The notes under the pieces were generated by a model, which did not search any database, was not told where the DNA came from, and was given only the letters and a program-made list of their open reading frames with translations. From contig CAVYSW010000010.1 of NCBI GenBank assembly GCA_963771275.1, forward strand, positions 224,001 through 288,000: a stretch of DNA of 64,000 nucleotides. The letters are read 5' to 3'. Both the position numbers and the translations under genes were made by a program. How positions within the stretch are numbered: position 1 is the first letter of the stretch; each line of letters opens with the position of its first letter. The DNA is from an uncultured Gemmatimonadales bacterium (GTDB taxonomy: Bacteria > Gemmatimonadota > Gemmatimonadetes > Gemmatimonadales > GWC2-71-9). Shown in pieces: positions 10,461 to 19,585 of the stretch.

Positions 10461-11710
10461 TGCCCCGCGGCGCACGGCGGGCGGCCGCCATCGGCGTGGC
10501 GCTGACCGGCGTCTTGGTGCTCGCGGGCCGCACGCGGGGCCCGGAGCGATTGCCCGTCGCCGTGCCGCTCGTGGTCACGCGTGCCTTCGTGGAGCACGCG
10601 GACACCGTGCGCCCCAACGAAACGCTGTCGGATCTGCTCGTGCGCCAGCGGATCGTCGGCACCGACATGCTGGCCCTGCTCGGCGCGCTGCCGGACTTGA
10701 ACCCCCGGCGCGTGCCTGCCCGCAAGGTGTTCGAGTTCCGGACCGCCGTCGGGGCAGCGGTCCCGGAGTGGGTGCGGGTGCGCGCCAACGACACCACGTT
10801 CCTGCGGGCCGATCGCGGGCCGGACGGCGCCTGGGCGCCCGCGCGCGACCGGATCGAATGGTCGGTCGACGTCGAGCGCATCGACGGCGCGATTCAGTCC
10901 TCCCTGTACGAGACGATCGACGCGCTGATTCCGGATTCGGTGATGCCCGCGCTCGGCCGGTCGCAGCTGGCGTGGGACCTGGCGGACGCCGTCTACGCAT
11001 GGCAGATCGATTTCACCCGCGACATCCGGCCGGGCGATCGCTTCACCGTGGTGTACGAGCGGCTCAACTCGTCGCTCGGCGAGTTGCGCTACGGCCGCGT
11101 GCTCGCCGCGGTGGTCGAGGCGAGCGGCGTCGCGAACACGGCGTACGTGCTGTCCGATCGCGAGGGACGGAACGCCTACTACGACGCCGCGGGACGGTCG
11201 CTGCGGCGCGCATTCAAGATGTACCCGGTGCAGTTCCGCCGGATCTCCTCCAACTTCAGCCGCAGCCGTCTCCATCCCGTGCTCGGGATCAAGCGGCCGC
11301 ACCTCGGGACGGACTTCGCCGCCGATATGGGCACACCGATCGAAGCGACCGGCGACGGCAGGGTGATCCGCGCAGGCCGGTGGGGTGGGTTGGGCATCAT
11401 GGTCGGGATCCGCCACGCGAAGGACATCGAGACGCGGTACGGCCATATGAGCCGGATCGCCGCGGGGATCCGCCCAGGCGTGCGGGTCACCCAGGGTCAG
11501 CTGATCGGCTACGTCGGGATGACGGGGCTCGCCAACGGTCCCCATGTGCACTACGAGTTCCTGAAGAACGGCCGCCAGCTCAACCCGCGACGCGTGGACC
11601 TGGGCGACGGCGAGCCCGTGCCGGCGACGGCGCGCGCGACCTTCGACTCGGTGCGAACCGCCTTCGATCGGCTCCTCGGGCGTCCGTCCCGCGTCGCGAA
11701 GGTGAACTGA
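10460..11710 (+). CDS. M23 family peptidoglycan endopeptidase (MepM-like)
   Basis: TGATG coupling to ftsZ; N-terminal TM; HxxxD (HLGTD), YGHMS, HxH (GPHVHYE). Confidence 0.9.
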   Translation: MPRGARRAAAIGVALTGVLVLAGRTRGPERLPVAVPLVVTRAFVEHADTVRPNETLSDLLVRQRIVGTDMLALLGALPDLNPRRVPARKVFEFRTAVGAAVPEWVRVRANDTTFLRADRGPDGAWAPARDRIEWSVDVERIDGAIQSSLYETIDALIPDSVMPALGRSQLAWDLADAVYAWQIDFTRDIRPGDRFTVVYERLNSSLGELRYGRVLAAVVEASGVANTAYVLSDREGRNAYYDAAGRSLRRAFKMYPVQFRRISSNFSRSRLHPVLGIKRPHLGTDFAADMGTPIEATGDGRVIRAGRWGGLGIMVGIRHAKDIETRYGHMSRIAAGIRPGVRVTQGQLIGYVGMTGLANGPHVHYEFLKNGRQLNPRRVDLGDGEPVPATARATFDSVRTAFDRLLGRPSRVAKVN

Positions 11711-11742
11711 TCGTTTCCGCGCACCTCCGGGTACCACAATCC

Positions 11743-12375
11743 GTGCAGCTCTATCCTGCCCTCGACATCCGGCGCGGACGCTTGGCGCGCGCCGTCCCGC
11801 CTCCCGATCCCCTCACCGTGGCCCGTGGGTGGAAGCGCGCGGGCGCCCGCTGGCTGCACGTCGTGGATTTGGATCGTGTGGTGGGGGCGGGGCGCAACGA
11901 CGCGCTGGTGCAGGCGCTGGCGGCGCTGCCGGATGTCGGCGTCCAGTTGGGCGGGGGGCTCGTTGACCCCGGGGACGTGGCCGAGGCGCTGGACTGGGGC
12001 GCGCGGCGGGTCGTGCTCGGTGCGGGGGCGATGGCCGGCCTCGGCAACCTCGCGCGGCGGGTCGGTCCCCAACGACTCGCCGTGGCGCTCGATCCGCGGG
12101 GCGCAGGCGCGGAGAAGCTCGCCGGCGTCGTGGCGGCAGGGGTCCGATGCGTCGTCTGCCGCGCGCTCGAGCGGGATGGAACGCTGGCGGGCGCGGACCT
12201 CGCGGCGGCGGCGGCGCTGGTCGGCCACCAGGTGAGTGTGATTCTGGCGGGGGGGATCGCGTCGCTGGACGAGCTGCGCGAGGCGCGGCGCGCGGGGATC
12301 GCCGGTGTCATCGTAGGCCGGGCACTGCACGAGGGCCGGTTCACCATCGCGGAGGCGCTCGCGTGCTGTGGCTGA
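11743..12375 (+). CDS. hisA: HisA/HisF-family TIM-barrel protein (HisA-like, shortened)
   Basis: LYPALDI, WLHVVDLD, QLGGG, RDGTLAG, GGIASLD, GVIVGRAL; start approximate. Confidence 0.7.
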   Translation: MQLYPALDIRRGRLARAVPPPDPLTVARGWKRAGARWLHVVDLDRVVGAGRNDALVQALAALPDVGVQLGGGLVDPGDVAEALDWGARRVVLGAGAMAGLGNLARRVGPQRLAVALDPRGAGAEKLAGVVAAGVRCVVCRALERDGTLAGADLAAAAALVGHQVSVILAGGIASLDELREARRAGIAGVIVGRALHEGRFTIAEALACCG

Positions 12376-14177
12376 TCCTGGCACTCGGCGTCGTAGCGGC
12401 GGGTGCCGTGTACGTCTATGTCCGGCGGGAGCGCCTCGGGGCACACGGCCTCGCCCTCGCCGCGCTGCGCACGCTGGCGCTGGCGAGCCTGGTCGCGTTG
12501 CTCGCCAACGTGACGCGCGAGGTCACGGCGGGGCGCGGCCCGGCCACCGTGCTGCTCGATGGGTCGCTCAGCCTGCAGGCCGCCGGCGGGCGCTGGCGCG
12601 CCGCGCTGGACACGGCGCGTGCGCTCGCCGCAGGCGACGGCACGGTGCTGCGCTTCGGCGATGGCGTCGCCGCGCTCGATACGACACCGCCGACGGCCGG
12701 CCGGTCGCTGGTGGGACCGGCCCTGCGGGTCGCGGCGGCCCGGGGCGGTCCCGTCTTCCTCGTCACCGACGGGGAGCTGGGAGATTTCGGCACCCTGCCC
12801 GCGGAACTGGCGCGGGTCGCGGACGTGGTGCTGCTGCCCCGCGACACGCTGCCGGATGCGGCGCTCACGGAGGTCGGCGCTCCGCGCGCCGCGACCGAGG
12901 ACGACTCCGTGACGATCACGGTGACCGTGAGCACCTGGGGCGCGCTGGGCGATTCCGTGGGCGTGCTCGAGGTGAGCACGGGCACGCGGCGCCTGGCGCG
13001 GCGGGCCGTGGTCCTGCCACCGGCTCCCGGGACGGCGCGGCGCAGTGTGACCCTCGCGCCGGGCACGCTTGCCGCCGGGACCCACGTGCTCGACATCCGC
13101 CTGACCGCCCCGGGCGACCGCGAGCCGCGGGACGACCTGCGCCAGCGGATCATCACCGTGACGGCGCTGCCGACGGTCGTGCTGTTGGCGCGCCCGCCCG
13201 ACTGGGAGAGCCGCTTCTTGGCGCGGGAGCTCCCGCGCGTCGTGCGGAGCGCCGTCCGGGGATACGCGGAGATCGCGCCCGGTCGCTGGGTAGACGTGGA
13301 AACGGCCGAGCCGGTGAGCGAAGCGCGCGTCCGCCAGACGGCGCGGCAGGCGGCCCTGGTCGTGACGCGCGGGCCGGAGGGCTTCACCCGCGGGGCGCCG
13401 GTGGCGTGGCGCTGGCCGAGCGACGCCGGCGCGGGCAACGGAGCCGCCGGGGAATGGTACGTCTCGGGGCCGGGCGCCACCCCGCTGGCGAGCCGGTTGG
13501 CCGCGGTCGAGTGGGACTCGCTGCCGCCCCTCGTGGCGGTGAGCCCGACGACGGAGAGCGACCGGGTGTGGGTCGTGCTCGGTGCGCGGCTGGGGCGGCG
13601 CGGTCCGGCGCGCCCAGTCGTGGTCGCGCGCGATTCGGCACCGGCGCGCAGCCTCGTGACGGCGGGCGAGGGCCTGTGGCGCTGGGCGCTGCGCGGCGGG
13701 GCGGCGCTCGAGGCCTACCGCACCCTGCTCGCCGCCGGCACCGACTGGCTCCTGGGCTCGCCGGTGGTGCGCGGGCGCGGCCGACTGAGTGCCAGCGAGG
13801 CGGTGGCGCGCGGGATCCCGGTGGTGTTCCAGTGGCTGGGCGACTCGGCGCCGCCCACCGTGGACGTGGAGGTGACCGGTTCTGACTCCGTGTGGCGCAT
13901 GGCGCTCGCGCTCGACGCGCACGGCGCGGCGGAGGCCTCGTTCGAGCCGGGGGTCTACCGGTGGCGCACCATGCGCCCGGCCGGAGCCACCGGCCTCGTG
14001 GTCGTCGAGTCATATTCCGACGAGATGCATCCCGCGCCGGTGGCGGCGTTCGCGCCGGGGCTGGTGCCGGTGCGACGGGCCGCTGTGGGCGTGCGGGCGT
14101 CGTGGTGGGTGTTCGCGCTGGCGGTTGGCGCGCTCGTGATCGAGTGGGGGTGGCGCATGCGTCGCGGGTTGCCCTGA
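12363..14177 (+). CDS. Membrane protein with vWA-like domain
   Basis: Two N-terminal TM helices, MIDAS-like LLDGSLS...LVTDGE, Ig-like middle, C-terminal TM ending EWGWRMRRGLP. Confidence 0.7.
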   Translation: MLWLILALGVVAAGAVYVYVRRERLGAHGLALAALRTLALASLVALLANVTREVTAGRGPATVLLDGSLSLQAAGGRWRAALDTARALAAGDGTVLRFGDGVAALDTTPPTAGRSLVGPALRVAAARGGPVFLVTDGELGDFGTLPAELARVADVVLLPRDTLPDAALTEVGAPRAATEDDSVTITVTVSTWGALGDSVGVLEVSTGTRRLARRAVVLPPAPGTARRSVTLAPGTLAAGTHVLDIRLTAPGDREPRDDLRQRIITVTALPTVVLLARPPDWESRFLARELPRVVRSAVRGYAEIAPGRWVDVETAEPVSEARVRQTARQAALVVTRGPEGFTRGAPVAWRWPSDAGAGNGAAGEWYVSGPGATPLASRLAAVEWDSLPPLVAVSPTTESDRVWVVLGARLGRRGPARPVVVARDSAPARSLVTAGEGLWRWALRGGAALEAYRTLLAAGTDWLLGSPVVRGRGRLSASEAVARGIPVVFQWLGDSAPPTVDVEVTGSDSVWRMALALDAHGAAEASFEPGVYRWRTMRPAGATGLVVVESYSDEMHPAPVAAFAPGLVPVRRAAVGVRASWWVFALAVGALVIEWGWRMRRGLP

Positions 14178-15071
14178 GTGGCCGGTCTCTGGAAGAAGAT
14201 CAAGGCGCTCGCGCTGGCGGACGTCGCGGTGCTGGTCAAGGGACTGGATCGCGACGCCCTCGAGCGCGTCGAGCGGGTGCTGCTCGAAGCCGATTTCGGG
14301 CCGGCCTCGTTCACGCTGGTCGAGGCACTGGAAGACAGGATGCGGCGCGGCGAGCTCAAGACCGAAGCGGCCGTGCGCGCGTGGCTCGTCACGGCGATCG
14401 CGGAGCAGGTGGCCGACGCCGGCAATGCCGGCCGGCTCGACCTGGGGGCGGGGGACGGACCGGCCGTGGTTCTGATGCTCGGCGTGAACGGGGTGGGCAA
14501 GACGACCCAGACGGCCAAGCTCGCGCGACTGCTGCAGCGCGCGGGGAAATCCGTGATGCTGGCGGCGGCGGACACGTACCGGGCGGGCGCGGCCGAGCAA
14601 CTGACGATCTGGGCCGAGCGCCTCAAGGTCCCCTGCGTCACGGGCGTGCAGAAGGGCGACCCCGCCGCGGTCGCGTTCGACGCGATCGAAGCGGCGGCGT
14701 CCCGCGGCATCGACGTGGTGCTGGTGGATACGGCCGGCCGCTTGCACACCCAGGGTAATCTGATGGACGAGCTCCGGAAGATCGTCCGCGTCGTGAGTCG
14801 GCGGCGCCCCGGGGCGCCGCACGAGAGCCTGCTGGTGCTCGACGGTACGGTAGGCCAGAACGCGGTCCAGCAGGGCAGGGCGTTCACCGACGCCGTGCCG
14901 GTCACCGGTCTGGTGATCACGAAGCTGGATGGCACCGCGAAGGGCGGCGCGGCCGCGGCGATCCGGCGGGAGCTCGGGGTCCCGATCCGGTTCGTGGGCG
15001 TGGGGGAGGGCCTCGACGACCTGGAGCCGTTCGACGCGGTGCGCTACGCCGAGCGGCTCATCGCCGACTGA
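14178..15071 (+). CDS. ftsY: SRP receptor FtsY
   Basis: GVNGVGKTT, DTYRAGA, DTAGR, TKLDGTAKGG, GVGEGLDDL. Confidence 0.96.
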   Translation: MAGLWKKIKALALADVAVLVKGLDRDALERVERVLLEADFGPASFTLVEALEDRMRRGELKTEAAVRAWLVTAIAEQVADAGNAGRLDLGAGDGPAVVLMLGVNGVGKTTQTAKLARLLQRAGKSVMLAAADTYRAGAAEQLTIWAERLKVPCVTGVQKGDPAAVAFDAIEAAASRGIDVVLVDTAGRLHTQGNLMDELRKIVRVVSRRRPGAPHESLLVLDGTVGQNAVQQGRAFTDAVPVTGLVITKLDGTAKGGAAAAIRRELGVPIRFVGVGEGLDDLEPFDAVRYAERLIAD

Positions 15072-17188
15072 TGGCACTCCGGCCCGACACCGCCGTCCAA
15101 TTCCTCAAGGGTGTCGGCCCGCACCGCGCCGAGGCGTTCGCGCGACTCGGCGTGCACATGGTCGAGGATTTGCTGTACCACACACCCCATCGCTATCTCG
15201 ATGCCAGCACCGTGACACCGATCGCGGAGGCAACGGTCGGGAAGGACGTCACGGTGGTGGGTCGGGTCGTCTCGAAGGGCGTGCTCCCCACGCGCAAGCG
15301 TTTGCGGATCTTCCGCGTGATCCTGCGGGACGACTCCGGCGTCGTGGAGTGCGCCTGGCCCGGCCAGGCGTTCCTCGATCGGTCGATCGCGCCGGGGCAA
15401 TTGCTGCTCGTGACCGGGGCCGTGAAGTACTACCACGGGCGGCAGATCGTGCCGCGGGAGACCATCATCCTGGCGGAGATGGATGAGGGGGGTGAGGGGG
15501 GTGAGGGGGGAGAGGGCCAGGGGATGATTCTGCCGATCTACCCCGCGACAGAGGGCCTCAGCCATCGCGTCATCCGCCGGATCCTGGCGGACAGCCTCGA
15601 CGCGATGCTCGCCACGGTAGATGACGTGCTGCCGGCTGCGGTGCGCGGCGCCGCCGACGTGCCGCCGTTACGGACCGCCTTGGAGATGCTCCACCGCCCA
15701 CGCCCCGCGCCCACGCCCTCCTCGTCTTCTGCCCCTCTGCCCCTGGGGAGTTGGGAGGCGGGACGCCGCCGTCTCGCCTTCGACGAGCTGTTCGATCTCC
15801 AGCTCGTCGTCGCCCGGGCCCGCCATCTCGCGACGCACGCTAGGCGCGGCGCGGCCCTCGAGAACAAGCGGGAGCTCACGACGGCACTGAAACAGGCGCT
15901 GCCGTTCGAGCTCACGGCGGGCCAGAAGCAGGCGGTGCGCGAGATCATCGGCGACATGACGTCCCCCAAGCGCATGCACCGGCTGCTGATGGGCGACGTG
16001 GGGTCCGGCAAGACCGTGGTGGCGCTGTTCGCGATGCTGCTGGCGGTCGAGAACGACATGCAGGCGGCGCTGATGGCGCCGACCGAGCTGCTGGCCGAGC
16101 AGCACGGCCGCACGCTGCAGCAGCTGCTCGCCCCGCTGGGCATCGTGCCGGACCTGCTGCTGGGCCGGCTCTCGGCCGGAGAGAAGAAGGCGGTGCGGCA
16201 GCGGATCGCGTCCGGCGAGGCGCGCTTGGTGGTCGGGACGCACGCGCTGATCGAGGAGACCACGACGTTCCGGCGGCTGGGACTGGTGGTGATCGACGAG
16301 CAGCACCGCTTCGGCGTGGAGCAGCGGGCGGCGCTGATCGAGAAGGGCCAGGCGCCGGAAGTGCTGTTGCTGTCGGCGACCCCGATTCCGCGCACGCTCG
16401 CGCTGACGCTGTACGGCGACCTCGACATCTCCGAACTGCGCGACAAGCCGCCCGGCCGGACGCCTGTCAAGACGGGGGTCCGGTCGAGCCGCTCGCGCGC
16501 GAAGGTCTACCAGTTTCTGCGCGACCAGTGCGCCGCGGGGCGGCAGGTCTACATCGTCTATCCGGTGATCGAGGAATCGGAGCAGCTCGATCTCCGGGCC
16601 GCGACCAAGATGGCCGAGGAGCTGGGCAGGTCGCTCGCCCCGGCCAGCGTCGGGCTGGTACACGGTCGCATGAAAGCGGACGAGCGGGAACGGGTGATGC
16701 GCCGGTTCCGCGACGGCGAGGTGCAAGTGCTGGTGGCCACGACCGTGATCGAGGTCGGGATCGACGTCCCCAACGCCAGCGTCATGGTGATCGAGCATCC
16801 CGAGCGCTTCGGGCTCGCGCAGCTGCACCAGCTGCGCGGGCGCGTGGGGCGCGGGGCGGACGAGAGTCACTGCATCCTGCTGACGGACGCCGTGGCCGCG
16901 GCCGGGCGGCTCCGCGCGTTCGCGCGCGAGACGGACGGCTTCGCGATCGCCGAGATGGATCTCAAGGAGCGCGGGATGGGAGAGCTGGTGGGAGCCCGCC
17001 AATCGGGAGGAATCACGTTGCGGTACACGGATCTCACACGGGATGGAGATTTGGTGAGGACGGCGCAGCGGGAAGCACGCGCCCTGCTCGGACGGGATCC
17101 CACGCTGAGCGGCCGGGAGCACGTCGGCCTGCGCCGCCGGATCGAGCGGCGTTACGAGCGGGGCGTGGAGTTGTTCCGGGTGGGGTGA
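15071..17188 (+). CDS. recG: ATP-dependent DNA helicase RecG
   Basis: LKGVGP, GDVGSGKT, DEQHRFG, SATPIPRT, QLHQLRGRVGRG, DGFAIAE.DL..RG.GE. Confidence 0.97.
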   Translation: MALRPDTAVQFLKGVGPHRAEAFARLGVHMVEDLLYHTPHRYLDASTVTPIAEATVGKDVTVVGRVVSKGVLPTRKRLRIFRVILRDDSGVVECAWPGQAFLDRSIAPGQLLLVTGAVKYYHGRQIVPRETIILAEMDEGGEGGEGGEGQGMILPIYPATEGLSHRVIRRILADSLDAMLATVDDVLPAAVRGAADVPPLRTALEMLHRPRPAPTPSSSSAPLPLGSWEAGRRRLAFDELFDLQLVVARARHLATHARRGAALENKRELTTALKQALPFELTAGQKQAVREIIGDMTSPKRMHRLLMGDVGSGKTVVALFAMLLAVENDMQAALMAPTELLAEQHGRTLQQLLAPLGIVPDLLLGRLSAGEKKAVRQRIASGEARLVVGTHALIEETTTFRRLGLVVIDEQHRFGVEQRAALIEKGQAPEVLLLSATPIPRTLALTLYGDLDISELRDKPPGRTPVKTGVRSSRSRAKVYQFLRDQCAAGRQVYIVYPVIEESEQLDLRAATKMAEELGRSLAPASVGLVHGRMKADERERVMRRFRDGEVQVLVATTVIEVGIDVPNASVMVIEHPERFGLAQLHQLRGRVGRGADESHCILLTDAVAAAGRLRAFARETDGFAIAEMDLKERGMGELVGARQSGGITLRYTDLTRDGDLVRTAQREARALLGRDPTLSGREHVGLRRRIERRYERGVELFRVG
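15485..15517 (+). repeat. 9-bp tandem repeat (GAGGGGGGT)n inside recG, encoding EGGEGGEGGEG
   Basis: GAGGGGGGT GAGGGGGGT GAGGGGGGA GAGGGC read directly. Confidence 0.9.
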
Positions 17189-17280
17189 GGAGGGCGGGCC
17201 CGGGAGCCGGGCGGGTGACGGACGACGCGCCACTCGGGTATGTTCCCAGTGCGGGAGCGTTGGCGTCACAGGGAGGTACC

Positions 17281-17700
17281 ATGCGTCGTCCCTCGTACGT
17301 CCCGGCGCTGGCCGCACTGGCCGCCGTCGTCCCCCTCGCGGCGTGCGCCGAGGTGGGGCTGCTCGAGTCACTGGTCAGTCCCCTCACGCTCGAGCTCAGC
17401 GTACCGGTCGATTCGATGGTGCCCGGCGACCGGGTTGAAACCACGATTATCGTCCGGAACCGCAGCGACCGCACCGTCCACTTTCACGGCGGCGGGTGCA
17501 CGTTCGGTATCGAGGTCGTGCGCTCCGACGGAAGCAGTCTGAACCGCCTGCGGGACGGCAACTCGGTACCCGGCACGCTGGATGGCGGCCAGATGCTGAT
17601 GCGCACGGCCCCGATACCGATTCCGGGCGGTCAGACGCGCACCCTCATCCTGCTCGACGGGCCCGGCGGGCTGTTGACGGGTGCTCTGATCGACCCATAG
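17281..17700 (+). CDS. Hypothetical lipoprotein
   Basis: GGGAGG RBS before ATG 17281; signal peptide with lipobox LAAC; beta-rich body. Confidence 0.65.
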   Translation: MRRPSYVPALAALAAVVPLAACAEVGLLESLVSPLTLELSVPVDSMVPGDRVETTIIVRNRSDRTVHFHGGGCTFGIEVVRSDGSSLNRLRDGNSVPGTLDGGQMLMRTAPIPIPGGQTRTLILLDGPGGLLTGALIDP

Positions 17701-17759
17701 CCGACTGCGTCGGACTGGATCGGCTTGCGCCGGGGCCTGCACCCCGTAGCGTATACCGC

Positions 17760-18281
17760 ATGTTCGCGATCCCGGACGCACTCCAGATTCTCAGCCACAC
17801 GCCGGGCGTGCTGCGCGCATGGCTCGAAGGGCTCGCCCCCGAGTGGGTCGAGGTCACCGACGGACCTGAGACGTGGAGTCCGCACGACGTCGTGGGCCAC
17901 CTGATCCACGGGGACCGGACGGACTGGATGGCGCGCGCCCGCCACCTCCTGGCGGGGCCGAGCGCCGTCCCGTTCACGCCGTTCGATCGGTTCGCCCAGT
18001 TCCGTGATAGCCGTGGCAAGACGCTCCCAGAGCTGCTCGATGAGTTCGAGCGGCTGCGGCGGGGCAACCTCGAGGAGCTGACGAGCCTCGCGCTGACCGA
18101 AGCCCAGCTCGCCCTGCCGGGGCAGCATCCCGCGCTCGGGCCGGTGACGCTGCGCCAGCTGCTGGCCACCTGGGTGGTGCATGACCTGAACCACCTCGGC
18201 CAGATCGCCCGCGTCATGGCCAAGCGGTACGGTGACGACGTCGGTCCTTGGAAGGCATACCTCCCGATCCTCACGCGCTGA
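17760..18281 (+). CDS. DinB/YfiT-family protein
   Basis: WSPHDVVGHL and HDLNHLGQI His triad; HPALGPVTLRQLL. Confidence 0.85.
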   Translation: MFAIPDALQILSHTPGVLRAWLEGLAPEWVEVTDGPETWSPHDVVGHLIHGDRTDWMARARHLLAGPSAVPFTPFDRFAQFRDSRGKTLPELLDEFERLRRGNLEELTSLALTEAQLALPGQHPALGPVTLRQLLATWVVHDLNHLGQIARVMAKRYGDDVGPWKAYLPILTR

Positions 18282-18310
18282 CGCGGTTCTCTCACCGGAG
18301 GGGGCAGGGC

Positions 18311-18342
18311 TTGACGCATCAATAAATGTACATACATTGATG
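18311..18342 (+). promoter_or_regulatory. Promoter/operator of arsRM
   Basis: TTGACG (18311-16), 16-bp spacer, TACATT (18333-38); inverted repeat CATCAAT (18317-23)/ATTGATG (18336-42); AT-rich patch in GC-rich DNA. Confidence 0.75.
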
Positions 18343-18346
18343 AACC

Positions 18347-18691
18347 ATGAGCGTCGCGACACGTCGTACCGATTCAGCCGGTGGGTTCCGCGCCCTGGGG
18401 GACGGCACCAGGATGCGGATTCTGGAACTGCTGGCGAACGGGGAGCTGTGCGTGTGCGATCTCACGGCCGCGATCGACATCCCCCAGCCGCTCCTGTCCC
18501 ATCACCTCCGGATCCTGCGCGAGGCCGGGTTCATCACGGCGCGCAAGGACGGACGGTGGAGCTACTACGCGCTCAGCCCCGAGCGCCTCGAAGCGTGCGT
18601 CAGCACGCTGGAGGCCGCCCTCGCGACCTATGACGCATCGGCGCGGAAGGGGAAGCCGGGCTGCGCGTGCCGGACGGGGACGGATCGGTGA
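18347..18691 (+). CDS. arsR: ArsR/SmtB-family repressor
   Basis: FRALGDGTRMRIL, ELCVCDL, LSHHLRILREAG, RKDGRWSYY. Confidence 0.9.
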   Translation: MSVATRRTDSAGGFRALGDGTRMRILELLANGELCVCDLTAAIDIPQPLLSHHLRILREAGFITARKDGRWSYYALSPERLEACVSTLEAALATYDASARKGKPGCACRTGTDR

Positions 18692-18717
18692 CACCCCATG
18701 CGGAAGGACGGAACACC

Positions 18718-19521
18718 ATGAGCAGCTCAGCGGACGACGTGAAGCAGGCGGTGAAGCAGCACTACGGCCAGCGCGCACTCGGGGTGTTGGCGAGCGGGTG
18801 CTGCGGTGGGAGCGGCTGCGATGCCATCACCGCGGACCTGTACGAGCCGACCGAGACCCGGGGCATTCCCGAAACGGCGGTGCGCGCGTCGCTCGGCTGC
18901 GGTAATCCCACCGCCCTCGCGGAGCTCCGGGCGGGCGAGGTCGTCCTGGATCTCGGGTCGGGAGGCGGAATCGACGTGCTGCTCTCGGCCCAACGGGTGG
19001 GTCCCACCGGCAAGGCCTACGGGCTCGACATGACGGACGAAATGCTGGCCTTGGCGCGGGAGAATCAGCGCAAAGCCGGCGTCGCCAACGTCGAGTTCCT
19101 CAAGGGGGAGATCGAGCGGATTCCCCTGCCCGATGCGTCGGTCGATGTGATCATCTCCAACTGCGTGATCAACCTCTCCGCCGACAAGGACCGGGTGCTC
19201 CGCGAGGCGTTCCGGGTGCTCAAGCCCGGCGGGCGGTTCGCGGTGTCGGACGTGGTGGTGAAGGGCGGCGTTCCCGAGCCGATACGGCGCAGCTTGGAGC
19301 TGTGGGCCGGCTGCATCGCGGGAGCGCTCGAGGAAGGTGAATACGCGGCCAAGCTGCGGGCCGCCGGATTCGGTGACGTGAGCCTGGAGCCGACGCGGGT
19401 CTACTGTGCGAGCGACGCCCGGGCCGCGCTCGAGGCGGCCGGGCTCGACCCCGCCGCGATTGGCGACGAGCTCGACGGCAAGTTCTTCAGCGCGTTCGTG
19501 CGGGCCACGAAGGCGGCGTGA
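18718..19521 (+). CDS. arsM: Arsenite S-adenosylmethionine methyltransferase
   Basis: [36 protein letters not shown]; follows arsR. Confidence 0.9.
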   Translation: MSSSADDVKQAVKQHYGQRALGVLASGCCGGSGCDAITADLYEPTETRGIPETAVRASLGCGNPTALAELRAGEVVLDLGSGGGIDVLLSAQRVGPTGKAYGLDMTDEMLALARENQRKAGVANVEFLKGEIERIPLPDASVDVIISNCVINLSADKDRVLREAFRVLKPGGRFAVSDVVVKGGVPEPIRRSLELWAGCIAGALEEGEYAAKLRAAGFGDVSLEPTRVYCASDARAALEAAGLDPAAIGDELDGKFFSAFVRATKAA

Positions 19522-19556
19522 CGCCTCCCCAGCGATCGCGCTGTTCGGCCCCGAGT

Positions 19557-19584
19557 CGGGCGCCGCGCTGGTTCCCGGCGCCCG
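19557..19584. terminator. Hairpin between convergent arsM and phhB
   Basis: CGGGCGCCG (19557-65)/CGGCGCCCG (19576-84); no U-tract. Confidence 0.4.
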
Positions 19585-19585
19585 T

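Noticed and set aside
17189..19585. Mobile element or integron cassette array around arsRM
   Set aside because: No integrase or transposase, no attC GTTRRRY/RYYYAAC pairs, no flanking direct repeats, and base composition resembles the host.
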